A DNA stretch of 64,000 nucleotides from Pseudovirgaria hyperparasitica (Eukaryota), in assembly GCA_010093815.1 (NCBI GenBank), contig ML996570.1; one strand, 5' to 3'. How positions within the stretch are numbered: position 1 is the first letter of the stretch; the number at the start of each line of letters is the position of its first letter. Both the position numbers and the translations under genes were made by a program. Below are positions 49,823 to 62,500 of the stretch, piece by piece. The notes below the pieces were generated by a model, which worked only from the letters and a program-made list of their open reading frames with translations, had not been told where the DNA came from and did not search any database.

Positions 49823-49872
49823 GGTGCCTGGTTAGGCGGTGTTTGAGTGGTGGTGATGTTGAACGTGGTTCA

Positions 49873-49903
49873 ATTGATTGATTGATTGATTGATTGATGG
49901 ATG
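49873..49903. repeat. (ATTG)n/(ATGG)n microsatellite just upstream of the NTH1 start codon
   Basis: Direct reading of the sequence. Confidence 0.85.
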
Positions 49904-50040
49904 GATTTTTGGCTCTCCTTGCTCAGAGCTCAGGGTTGACCTCTGCACGGACCATCTATGGAGGTAGGGTAGCTTGACGTCTGAGCGTCAGGGCAGGGCA
50001 TCTTAGGTACGCTAGTGAGACGCGGCGCGGCAGGTTCCCC

Positions 50041-50046
50041 ACGCGT
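50041..50046. promoter_or_regulatory. MCB-like element ACGCGT in the divergent NTH1/HCS1 promoter
   Basis: Exact MluI cell-cycle box, with further CGCG cores at about 50021-50029 and 50248. Function is inferred. Confidence 0.4.
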
Positions 50047-50400
50047 TTTAGCGTGATTTGATTATCGATATGAGATGAGATGTCGGACATTGCCCCGCAT
50101 CACTACTGTAAACGATTGCTCTGCACGCACGAGACAGTTTCTGCACATCGGAGTTGCTGGCGGCGCAGAATAAATCTCCTGCAACAAATTACGTGCATAG
50201 CAGAGTAGTCCACATGTGTGAAAAAGCTTATATACTCTCCCACGAAGCGCGTCCCACGTATGACGAAAGACACTAGGTCTAACTAAGATTTTTGTGAACC
50301 ACTCCATCTATCTCTATTCCTACTTCCATCTCTGCCTCGCACGTACGTACACCTAACAACCACAAGACAACAACAACAACAACACCCACAACACAACACA

Positions 50401-52924
50401 ATGCCACCACCACCACCGCCCTCAATCCCCGCCTTCGCAGCCGCCCAACTCTCCCTCCTCGACGCCGAGCTCAAGGCCGAAACGGCCGAGACCAGCCTCC
50501 TAGTCTCGCAATCCTCCCCCACCACTCTCCAACGCGCAGGCCTCGCAGTCCTAAACCTCCAAGTCGCGTCGCAGCGCACCGGCTTCGGCGGCAAGACAGT
50601 CGTCGAACTCGAACTTGACGCCGCGGTGGGCGGGGGAGATATCCCGGAGCATGGGCTGCGCACGGGAGACATCGTGGCGGTGCAGGAGCAGCCTGCGGGC
50701 AGTGCCAGGAAGACTGAGAAGACGGAGTTGAGGAAGAGAGGGGTGGAGGGGGTGGTGCTGAAGGTGACGAGTGGGGTTATTGGGGTTGCGCTGGATAAGG
50801 ATGAGGCGGATGTGCCTTTGGGGAAGCTATGGCTGTATGGTTGTTGTGGGCATTATGGGTAGAGTGACTGTGTGGCTGACGGGTTTTGTAGGATTAAGCT
50901 GGCCAACGATGTCACGTATAGGAGGTGAGCTGTCCTTGGAGTGTGCCGGCTTGATATGGAGAATCTGACAGCAGTAGGATGAACCAGACGATGAAGACGC
51001 TGCAGGATATGAAAGAGTCGGAACAGTCGCCTTTCATCCAAGTCCTGTTCGGTCAGGGCACACCGTCACCCGTGGACGTCGAGCTCGACAGATTGAGTCT
51101 CAAGGACGACGAGTGGATCGATCCATCCCTAAACGACTCCCAGAAAGACGCAATCAGGTTCGCCCTGGCAGCAAAAGAAGTAGCGCTGATCCACGGCCCG
51201 CCCGGAACAGGCAAGACACACACGCTGATCGAGCTGATTCTGCAAATGCTCAAGCGGAACCAGCGCGTGCTCGTCTGCGGCCCGTCCAACATCTCGGTCG
51301 ACAACATCGTCGACCGCCTCGCGCCACACAAACAGCCCATCGTGCGGCTCGGCCACCCAGCAAGACTGCTCCCCTCCGTCCTCAACCACTCCCTCGAGAT
51401 CCTGACCAAGACATCCGACGCCGCCGGCATCGTGCAGGACGTCCGGAGAGAGCTCGATGCCAAACAGGCCAGCATCCGCAAGACCAGAAGCGGCAAGGAG
51501 CGACGGGCCATCTACGGCGAGATGAAGGAGCTGCGCAAGGAGTACCGGGAGCGAGAGCGCGGCTGCGTGGCCGAGCTGATCCGCGGCAGCAGGGTTGTTC
51601 TCGCGACGCTGCACGGGGCAGGCGGCTTCCACCTGAAGAACGAAAGGTTTGACTGCGTCGTCATCGACGAGGCCAGCCAGGCGCTCGAGGCACAATGCTG
51701 GATTCCGCTGCTGTCGGCCAGCAAAGCGGTGCTGGCAGGTGATCACCTCCAGCTACCGCCGACGATCAAATCGCTGAATTCCAAGGTCAGGGGCAGTAGT
51801 ACGAGCAGTAGTAGTAATAACAGCAAGGGCACGAGGATGAGTCTGGAAACGACACTATTCGATCGGCTGTTGGCGCTGCATGGGGCGTCGATCAAGCGGA
51901 TGCTGACGACGCAGTACCGGATGCACGAGAAGATTATGAGATTCCCATCCGCGGAGCTGTACGAGGACAAGCTGACAGCCGCGGCGGCGGTGAAAGAGAG
52001 ACTGCTCCGGGAGCTGGGGTATGGGGTGCAGGACAGCGACGAGACGCGCGAGGCACTGGTGTTTTGGGACACGCAAGGAGGGGACTTTCCGGAGCGCAGC
52101 GAGGATGACAACAACAACAACGGCGATGCAGCAGGTAAGACGACGACGACGACAGGTAATAAGATGGGGATGGGGCTGCGCGAGAGCAAAAGCAACGAGG
52201 CAGAGGCGGGGTTGGTCAAGACGCATGTCCACCGACTGGTCGCGGCAGGCGTGAAAGCAGAGGATATTGCAGTGATTACGCCGTACAATGCACAGGTGAG
52301 TCTAGCAGTAGTAGTTAATTAGCAGAAGCGATGTGTGTCTGTGTCTGTGGAGGAGAGCGAGCAAGCAAGCAATGAAGAGCGAGTCAGTTAATGAAGAAAC
52401 AAACGGCAGCTCTCGATTCTCTCGCAGCTGCTCAAGGAAGCATTCCCCGGCATCGAGCTCGGCAGCGTGGACGGATTCCAGGGCCGGGAGAAGGAAGCGG
52501 TGATAGTCAGCCTCGTGCGGTCGAACGCGGAGCACGAGGTGGGATTCCTGGGCGAGCGACGGCGGCTGAACGGTATGTCGTTGTTGTTCTTGTTGTTGTT
52601 TTTATTTTTATCAACATGCAGGCAAGATAGAGAGACTGACAGGTGCAGTGGCCATGACGAGGCCGAAGCGACATCTGGCAATCATAGGAGATTCCGAGAC
52701 AGTTGGCCGGTGAGTAGTGGGCAGTCCAATACGATCCCCTGTGCATCTTGCAAGCAAAAGGCTGACGGGTTGTTGGCAAACGCACTAAAAACAGGGGCAG
52801 CGAGTTTCTCAACAAGTGGATGTTGTTCCTGGAAGAGCAGGCGGACCTGCGATACGCGACGATGGAGGACGTGTTTGACGAGGGGACGGCGGCGATGGCA
52901 GCAGCCGCCAAGGACGCGCAATGA
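50401..52924 (+). CDS. HCS1: SF1 Upf1-like helicase Hcs1/IGHMBP2 (DNA polymerase alpha-associated helicase A)
   Basis: Introns 50835-50891, 50925-50977, 52296-52409, 52573-52648 and 52710-52794. Motifs [27 protein letters not shown] (VIDEASQA), [31 protein letters not shown] and RRLNVAMTR. Confidence 0.95.
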
Positions 52925-52980
52925 TGATTACAGATGACAGTAGCAATTGGAGGCGTGGATGGGAGTTTGGTAGTGCAGGT

Positions 52981-53028
52981 ACCAGTGCCAGTGCCAGTGC
53001 CAGTGCCAGACTGCTAGTGCCAGTACCA
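52981..53028. repeat. (CCAGTG)n hexanucleotide repeat
   Basis: accagtgccagtgccagtgccagtgccag...ctagtgccagtaccag. Confidence 0.8.
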
Positions 53029-55878
53029 GGTACGAAGAGTAGAGTAGAGTAGTAGGTAGTATAAGCCATCAAGCCTCGCAGACGGCACGCGCGCCAGAGC
53101 AGCAAGCAGCAAGCTAACGGGTAAGGGGGGTCTTTGGGGGTCTTAAGGGGGGGGGGCCAGATAGTAGACAATCGATAGTAGCAGTAATAATTAGTGCCTT
53201 AGCAGCAATAGCAGCAACAGCAGCAATAGCATCCTGTGGCTGCTGCAAGCGTCGTCGCACAAACACGCGAGAACGACATGCCCCAGTACCTAGCCTGAAA
53301 CCGCATTGAGATATGAAACCATGGCAGAAACAGAGCAGGGCAGACAGACAGACAGACAGACGTATATTCGCGCGTTGCTGAGCGGATACACGTGTAGAAG
53401 TGTGAGAAGCCACACGTTTCTAATTATCGTGGGCATGAAATACTCCATCCATACAGTTTCATTAATTACTGACTGCTGCCAAGTAACTAACTATCCAGGG
53501 CAGTTTTGTACCAAGCCAGCAAGCTACCAAGCAAGCGAGGGCGGAAGAAAGGGAAGGAAGGAGAAGGGGAGGGAGGGGGCAGAAGAAGGACAGAAGGGAC
53601 AGAATGGGATTGTTGACGCGGAGATTGGTCGGGGCGGTCCCGGGGCTAGTTGAAGCGGCAGTAGGAGGAGCAGCAGTAGCAGCTATCGATTGCGTTTTGT
53701 TCGGCCGGCCGGTGCATGCCATGCCTCCATAGCTACTGTAGTGGACTAGTTAGAATGGCATGCCATTGATGCACGTCTTGTTTCGCTGGGGGTGTGTATG
53801 TATGTATGAGAGAGTGTGGATGGTTGTCAAAGGGTCTGGTGATGGGATGCAGCAGCTACAGCACCAGACAGGACAGGACAGGACAGGACGTGTTGTATTG
53901 TTTCATGTCCAGTAGATGGAGTAGCAGGTTCGTGGAGTGCAGTGGAGTGGACTGGCTGCTTGACCGTTGATGGGCAAGGGAGAGAGAGTTGTGCAGGCAG
54001 GTAAAGGTCTGCTGGCGTGGTGCATGCATGCAGGCTGGCAGGTAGCAGGTAGGTAGGCTGGTGGGCAGGCAGTTTTATGGAAGAGGGGGAGGGGCAGCAG
54101 CTAGAGGAACCAGCAAGGGGACTACTGGGCAGTTGGCCGCCACGCAGCCAGCTAACCTTGCGCTTGTTCCTGGCTTGTTGGCTGCCTTTTTGCCTTTTTG
54201 CCTACCAACCGCTCTTCGACTGCCCGTCCGTCCCTGTTCCTGCTGCTGATGATGACGATGCTGCTGCTGATCTGATGTCCTGCAACTGTGCCGCATCCAC
54301 GCATTCACTGATCATCATCCTCAACCTCCACACATCTGGACAACGCACACCACACACCCGTCCATCTCAACCCACATCAGATCCTCACGATTGGCTCCCG
54401 TCCTCTCCTGCTGACACACCTTCCTTCGTCGTCCAGGGTCGCTGTGCCGTGGATTGGCGGCCTTGCTCGCTTCCTCGCTCCCTCGCTAACTGGCTGACTG
54501 GCTGACTGACAAGGGGGGAGGGAGGGGAGGGGGGCCGAGATGCAGGTATGTAGTACTACTCCATGTACTTGCCCTGGCTCTGAAACAAACCTCCCCAGCA
54601 AATCCCCCTCCCTCTCTTCCTTCTTCTCTCCTTCCTCCGCCCATCCTCCTCACTTCTTTTCGTCGCTCCATGCTACTAATCCTGTATGGAGCACGGGATT
54701 AAGTAGAGCTGGTCGGGGCTTTTCTTTTTGTTACGGCAGTCCTGGGAGTGGGTATTAGGTAGGTAAGGATATATATCCAGGTATTTATAGAGCGGAGCGC
54801 TGGCTTGGTATTTATATATTATTTTTATTACCCTGCCTGACTGACACTTGAGACACAACTGGTGGGGTAGCTTGGAGACGGTGACAGCCTGTCGACGACG
54901 ACCTGCCTACTACATACTAATTACTTACTGCCTTTCGCTGGAGACCTGTGGGCTTGATATACGTAGATACTGCCATCTATTGCTCTCAACGCTGCCGTCG
55001 CTCAATGCATGCATACCATACTTGCACTTAATTACTTGCCTCCCGTCCCGTTAGAAACCAGCTCTATACAATAATGTGGAGTAGAAATAGTGCCTGGTCC
55101 CCCCCCTACCTAGTCCCTCAGTAGTCCCCCCCTCAAGCGCACCAGCAGCTCCACACCAAAAGAAGGGCAAAACACCAATTCTTCCAATCCAACCTATCCT
55201 CATTCCTCTCCTAGTCCTCCAGAAACAGCAATTCAATTTCTACTTTGATTTGTTGTTCTTGCACTATCATCACTTATCTTTCCACCCCCGGCCCCCCCTC
55301 CCCCTCCCTTGGCCCGCCTCCAGTCTAGAGCGATCAGCCGCACGCGCTCTTTGGGGAAAACTTGGAATGTCGAATCTCCTCCCCCCCCCCGGTTCCTTTG
55401 TCTGACCTGCATCTGACTTGTCTGTCCATGCTCCGTCCCGCTTCACTCACACTCATTCATTCACTCATTCATTCATTCATAATAATTTAGTCTTGCTGCT
55501 GCACGCTGCACCCAGCTTCCAGGCCCGCTTCTCGTTCTGTCACTGCGACCTTTTTATATTATCATCTTCATCTTCGTCCGAAGCCTGTTCTTTGTTTTCT
55601 CTCCTCTTGCTTTGACTCTCTTGTCTGTCTATCCATCACTTCTGCACTCTCCTTGATTACCCTCTTCACTTTCTGCCGCCTGCGCTTTCGTCAATTGTTG
55701 TACAGCATCCTGTACACACGTTCCCTGTGTCTCTCTCACTCTGAGCAAGCCACCACCTGCCTAGATCATGGAATGCTTCAACATACGCTACCTTGCCATT
55801 GCCTAGCTGCAACTTTGCGGGTAGTAGTACTCGTCCTTTTCTCGACATAAATCCAGCTCCTCCACTGCTGCCGCCGCC

Positions 55879-58544
55879 ATGTCTCGGACACAGGAACTCC
55901 TCGTCCCGACCCCCGCCACACAGCCTCGTCTGGAACGCTCGAGCTGGAAGGTTGAAGCAATACGACGTGGTAAGCTGAAGATCAGCGGTCCACTGCCCGT
56001 CAATGAACAGGACGACGATGTGTTCCAACCCACCAAACCGCTTCTGGATCCGCCGTCCGCCCACCAAGCACCTCCCGAATCCACCCTTCCTCCAAAGAAT
56101 GCAGACGCCCTGGGTATATACAGTCAGTCGGATTTTGAAGGGGGGCGTACGCATGTACCTGATGCTGGCATGCAAGCTCGAGATCCTCAGCCCAACCCTG
56201 CTGCGCCAGAGCTACCCTCCTTCGCCGAGACCCATAGGCATACACTGTCTGATATCACCGAATCACACAGAAGGCCGTCTCCCAGTGTCGTTCGCTCTAC
56301 CACCGATAGTCCTGCCGAGCAGCTGCCAGCCAAAGCAAGGCGCCAGAGTGGCCTGAAGAATGTCTTCAAACGCATGTTCAGCCGCAGAGGGAAACGTGAA
56401 AGCAGAAAGGACATTGCTTCCTCGCCGCGGCACGGCTATTCTCAAAGTGTAAGCTCACACAAGACTCTCTTTTCCGTCTTTTGTGTGTGTGTTTGTGTGT
56501 ACCTGGCTAACCGGCATGTGTGATACAGGACCCGGGAGCTTTGGCGCTCGCGTCCAAGAAAGCCTCAAACGTGTACCAGACTGCACAACCTTCCCAATCC
56601 ACGCTCGAGCAACCACAGACAATACCAGCCACGGCTGAAACTCGTGCTCTGGCGCCCGTGCAGGAAGTCCTGATCCTCACTCCTCAGCGCTCTCACCTGC
56701 CATTCCCCATGAACGTCAATGCGCCCGATGAGACAACCCCACTCTCCGAAGCCGCCGAGTTTGACGAGAAGACTCCTGAACTGAAGAAGCGGAGGGCTAC
56801 CTTGCCCAGTGTGGTGACAAACTCTGCCGAAGTCTCAGCGCTAGCTGCCGTCTGGAGTCAATCGGGCACAAAGGTCACGGCTGCAGAGGAACAGGCCTTG
56901 AAAAGTCCCTCGCACTCGCAGATTGGGATCGCCTTGTCGAGTCCGAATCAGGCTCTGCGTGTCCACCGCAAGTCGCAAAGTGCAGGCGCTTTGCGTGATC
57001 TGGCTCGTCGCCACAACGAGCCATTGCTAGCCCCCAATAATAAGACATCCAGAGCGCCCATGCGAAGACGGAGTGCTGAGATCCGGTATTGGCGAGAAAG
57101 TGTGGGAGCACGGTCCTTCAGCGTTTATAGTGACCTCGCCCCGCGAGAAGACATTGACGATTCTGTTGTTGACGACGACAAGGAGATTGAAGTCTACGAG
57201 GGTGCTGCGGCTGCTGATAACCCGGTTGAGCAGAAAGCACGAGCCATGGGTCCTTCACACATCCTGGCCTTTAACTTTGGAGATCTGGCCGAGGCCACCC
57301 CGACCGCAGCACCGGCACATTCGTCTGAGAATGTTGTTGACAGTCGATCTCAGCGATCCGTCTCTGCTCGATCCGAGCCAACCCAACAGTATGCTGCCCC
57401 TCGCAGCAAACCACAGACTGTCATCATCGCCGACGCCCCAAAAGAAAAACGCTCCTCACGCCAGCGCAGCAGCTCCACCGTCCGCGAGAACTTCTCTCGC
57501 CCGTCCTCTGTCCGTGAAGCCTCCTCCGCGGCTGCTGCCCATGCCCAGGCTCAGAAATCCTTTCCCCCTACAGCAGCCTCAACACCTCTACCTTCCCGTA
57601 CCCCTCGCACCGCCGCTGCTCAGCATGATGAGAAAACTGCCGGTCACGTGCCCACCACAGTCCGGCCGTCTGAACCATCCGCCCACGACCCGGATTTCCC
57701 CTCTCCAGCAACCCAGTTCCACGCCATCTACACCATCCTTCGCCACGAACGCTCCGCGCGGAAAGTGCTAGAGAAGCAAATCCTCGCACTAAACCGTGAA
57801 GTCTCCGACCTCCGCGCCCTGACCCTCAAAATGTCCCGCAACAACGGCGGCGGCGCAGGCACATATCCGACTCCCAGCCCGGACTTGGCAAATCACAGTG
57901 CCGACGCGTCATCCTTTCGGCGCGAGGCCGAAGACGAGTTCCGGCATGAAGACGAGGGTCTCGGCCAATCGCTCGGATACGACCACCTGGCCGCGTGGCA
58001 GGACGGCTTCGCGCCCAACGACCGCCGCCGCGAAACCGCCATCTCGCGCTTCAGCAAGTTTGACACGGAAGACGAGGCCGAAGACGCATCGTCCCGGGCC
58101 GACGACGAGGAGGGAGCGGAGGAGGAGGAGGAGGAGGAGGAGGAGGAGGCCAACGCCGATGCTGACGATGACGACAATGATGACGACGACGACGACGACA
58201 ACGACAATGACGCGCTCGCAAAACTCCACCGCGCATCGGCCCAAACGCACACCACACACGAGTCCGAAGGCCTAGTCATGAAATCCGCGCCTGCTCGCAA
58301 GCGCACGCCGCCAACCACCAACTCTACCAAGGCTGGCAGTGTGAGCGTGAGCCAGAACTCGTCGGCGCATAGCACGAACGTGGGCAGTCCGGACGTGTGG
58401 GAGACGCCGCTTGAAGAGGCGGTGGCGTACGGCTTTGGCTTTGGGCATGAGGATGGTAGTAGCGGGAATGGCAATGCCGGGCATGCAGCGTCGCGTGTCG
58501 TCAGTCCTGGCCGCTCCGGTGCTGGGGATGAGGATATGTTTTGA
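55879..58544 (+). CDS. Large low-complexity hypothetical protein with a coiled-coil and an acidic tract
   Basis: Intron 56449-56528 (GTAAGC..GCTAAC..CAG) joins the two ORFs in frame. Motifs VEAIRRGKLKISGPLP, RRATLPS, RRRSAEIRYWRES and LRHERSARKVLE. Confidence 0.8.
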
Positions 58545-59199
58545 GCGGTCGAGGCGGAGATGGTGACCAAGACGAAGAAGACTAAGAACAAGCAGAATAT
58601 GGAACAGAAGAAGAGACAGAAGCACGAGAAGGTGCACGACGAGAAAGTGAATGAGAATTGGGAATAAGATTTGATGATGATGCCCATTTGGCTGGTTTCT
58701 TGGGAACAGGGGGTTTTTTGTCTACATGTGTAGTGTGTATGTGTACGTGTGTACGTGTGTGTGTGTATGTTTTTTGGAGAGGCGGCGGCAGCGGCAGCAA
58801 AGGCAAAGCAAGGCAAAGCAAGCAAAGCTTTCGAAGAAACGCATAGCATATTATCTATATATATTCTGTATGATACCCCCAATCCACCCCCCCCCACCTT
58901 TTTTTTTAATCTTTATTCGGCAAAGCTCCAGAAACAGAAAAACAATCCCACTATTTATTTATTTTGGAATTGTCTTGGTTGATTTCTTCGTCTTCGTTTT
59001 TCGTTTTCATATATCGTATGGATCTACATCTTGTAACGACGACGATGATGTTGGTGATGGTGTTGGTGTTGATCTTAATCTTGTATTCCTGTATATTCCA
59101 TATCGATATATATATACATATAATGCCATCCCGACTCGTCAAAGGATTACACTTGTTCAGGCTACATCGCCACACTCAATGAAACAGCTCAGCAACAGC

Positions 59200-59202
<3 letters not shown>

Positions 59203-59236
<34 letters not shown>
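59203..59236. repeat. (AG)17 microsatellite
   Basis: Direct reading of the sequence. Confidence 0.95.
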
Positions 59237-59237
<1 letters not shown>

Positions 59238-59593
59238 AGCATTAACGATGACGACGAAAATACATAGGACTTGGAACTAAAGACAACCCCATCACTACCA
59301 TCACCACCACCACCACCACCACACTCTCTTATCCATCTCTGACCATCGAACCATTGAACCATTGAACAACAAAGGGAAAAAGAACATGCCGAATAGCAGA
59401 CTGTGCCTAACATGCCCGGATTAACCCACACGACCCACAACATTACATCCTCCAACCTTCTGCCCCTGATTACCCCATCTTCAGCCCCTCCCGGTCCCCC
59501 TGCCCCTGATAAGGATACATGCTGAGATACACACCGCTATCCATTCATACCTAATATTTGACTCCCCCATCATCCCCATCACCCCCATCATCA

Positions 59594-62500
59594 TCAAAGA
59601 AACGCCACGCTGTCATCGTCAATCACCTCCCCACTCTTCCGCTGTCTCAGAAACATATCCGCCAGACGGTGTCCTGGCGTCGCAGAGCTGCCATGACTCC
59701 TGACGCTTGCCGTGTCGTCAAGGCCAATCTCGCTAAACTTGCTGACCATCGGGCTGTTCTCGACTCTCTTCAACGGCGAAGGTGTCTTGGCATGCTGGTA
59801 CGGCCCTTCGATTATCATACGGAGCGTATCCCCTTCAAACTGTGGACTGCATCCCGCCTGCTTGCGGATCATCTTATTGCGCAACAGGTCGGGACTGCTA
59901 TACTGTGCGTGCATTTCCAAGGCTGACTTGGCCTTGGAAATACGTCGCCCAAGCTTGCGAGCTCGTGCCGGTGAGGGCGTGGCGGGTGTGACTGGTGTAT
60001 TGGGGATTGCCGTCGCAGACTGGGTATCATGGCCCGACGACATACAGCCCCCAACACTGCGAGGACTCCTTGCCGCCAGGCGAGAGATGCGAGGAAATGG
60101 ACTGACAGAACGCTTGACAGGCGCATTTTCCTTGGTCAACTCTGTGGTCGAGGCACTGATGGACTCCGGCGTGACGGCACTGGGTGACTTCTTTCGGACG
60201 CTGCGAAGCGTTGCAACGCTCTGGCTACTTCCTCGTCTGCTAGTCTCGATCATAGGGAACCGGTCATTCATACGACTACTTATGCGACTACCTGGCCTGC
60301 TCTCCAGCCTGGGTCGAGCCAGTCTCGGCATGCAGCTGGGAGCAACGCTGGTCACTGATTGCTCGTCGTCCTCAGATATTTGCGTGCGTTCACGGCGGTG
60401 ACCTTGCTGTTTCAGATCTAGTTCATTGATTGCAAGCTCTGCACTGGCTAACTGCTCAAGCTCAGCAACTTCCTTCGAAAGCCAGGCTTTCCAGTCTCTG
60501 CTCGACCTCGCAGAATGGCTAACCCGTTTCCCCGTTGGTGTTGGTGTCCCAATGGTCCAGCATGAGACAGGATGGCTCGTAATTATGACTGCACTCCCAG
60601 CACCTTCCTTGGGCACTGCATATGGTAGGTTTGTGACGCTGTCCATGTTTACGAAGGAGTGTTGCGAGTTAGTATGCTGTGAATATATGCTCGGAGAAAC
60701 ACAACGGGCCGGAGTCCTGCTCTTCGGTAACACAATCCCATCAGCTATGGAATCGTCATAGGTAACGTGAGTAGCTTTGGGAGTCCCGAAATCATCCCCA
60801 TCTCCGTCAATAGAAACCGCCCTGCAGTCTTCGGTCGGTTCCTGACCACGGTCTAAAAAAGAATTGGATGAAGCCATCAAAACCTTCTCATTACTGGCTC
60901 GTTCCAGGCTGCGATGTCCATCGTCCAAGGGTGACTTCCAACGATGGCTGGCTCTTTCTGCACGAGCGGCTCGTTGCTCAGCACTCGGAGGATTCGCACG
61001 CTGGCTTCGTTGCAGTCGACCGACCGATGAAGAATTCCGATGCGACTGTGCATACAGAGAGCAACCATCTGCTGGTTTTGTCGGGAACTCATCTCCTGAA
61101 GATTCCTCTCTCACGTCGGTGAGATCGAACGGCGGGACACTTATTCTACCTCGGACGCTCGAAGCCCGGCTGAGTGACACAGGTTCATCTGGACTCACGG
61201 TTCTGATCGTCATCCTGTTTGCTTCGTTCCTGCCGGATTCCATGGATCTGCGGTGTTGCTGCGATGGAAGAGAGTCCAAAGCAGACGTCACAGGATTGCC
61301 ATCTTTATCGAATTCAAGCTTCGACACTTCAAGCACTTCAATCTCTTTGCGAGCCATTTCTTTCATCAATGCAGAGTATACGCGCCGCGGCTCGACTGGA
61401 TATGGTCGCTTATAAGACGACGAATCGTCTTCTAGCTCACTTTCGAGTACACTCCTTGCAAGCAGTGTCGTCGGCCGAGTTGGCACTGGCATCGCAATGC
61501 TAGGTCGACTCACTTCATGTATGATCGATAATCGCTTAGGATCATTCAATGCCGCATGCCCGGCCGTTGAATCGGTCCAGCTCGTCACTCTCGACTTTGA
61601 TCGTGACGAGGATGTACCTTCGCTGCTACCACTTCCCTGCCGCATTGCTAGATGCGGGAATGATGGATCTCTAGGCACAGGCGGAGTTCCAGGCCGACTA
61701 GGATGCAGACTAGATCTACTGCTCCTACTCCCGTCACCAAGAACATTGGATGTATCGTCGGTCGTCTTCGAGTTGTAGTAGTAGTTTCGCGAAGCACCGA
61801 CTTGTTGAGCCGGCATTTCTTGCTGAGTGATGGTCGGCGTTCTTCGGAATACCTTCATGATCTTGTCCTTGAAATTGCCCGAGAGTGATCTCGACTTTTT
61901 GTGCTGTAGAGGCTGCGATTGGACTATCTCCTGTCCAGGAGTCGTCGCAGTTGATCTGACACTATTAAAGGACACACTGCCAGCTTCTGTACGCGACGAC
62001 TTTCGAGAACTAATGCTCTGAAGTTTCTTGAATGGAGTGAAGATTCCGGATGAGCGATCTCGTCCTGCAGACCTCGCGCCATCAAGCTGATACCGTTGTG
62101 TCGCCGAGTATGGTCTACTTTGGACTGGGATCACACTGTGAGATGGAAATGGTGGTAAGGCTGTCAGCTTCTGCGGAGTATCGTTGGCCAGGGTCGGATC
62201 GATGAGGGTCATGGAGCATGTGTCTTCATTGTTGTCCGTGGTCTGACGACTGCTGGCATAAAACATTGATCGTGCTTTCCGCAGGCCTGTCCGTACAGGT
62301 TCTGAAGCGATGCTCCGAGTCGGCGTCGCTAGCGATGTCAGACTCATCTTGCCTCGCAAGTTTGGCCCACTGGCTGATGGTACGTGGCTCATTATCTGTG
62401 GCGGAAGCCCTCCGGACATTAGGTTGCCGTTGCTTGTTGAACTTTGAACAGTATTACGTCGAGCAAGATGGGCTCTTGGATGTTCTTCAAGAGAGTACCG

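Noticed and set aside
45020..58897. Many long antisense or alternative-frame ORFs overlapping GC-rich genes
   Set aside because: Expected shadows of strong codon bias and low-complexity sequence.
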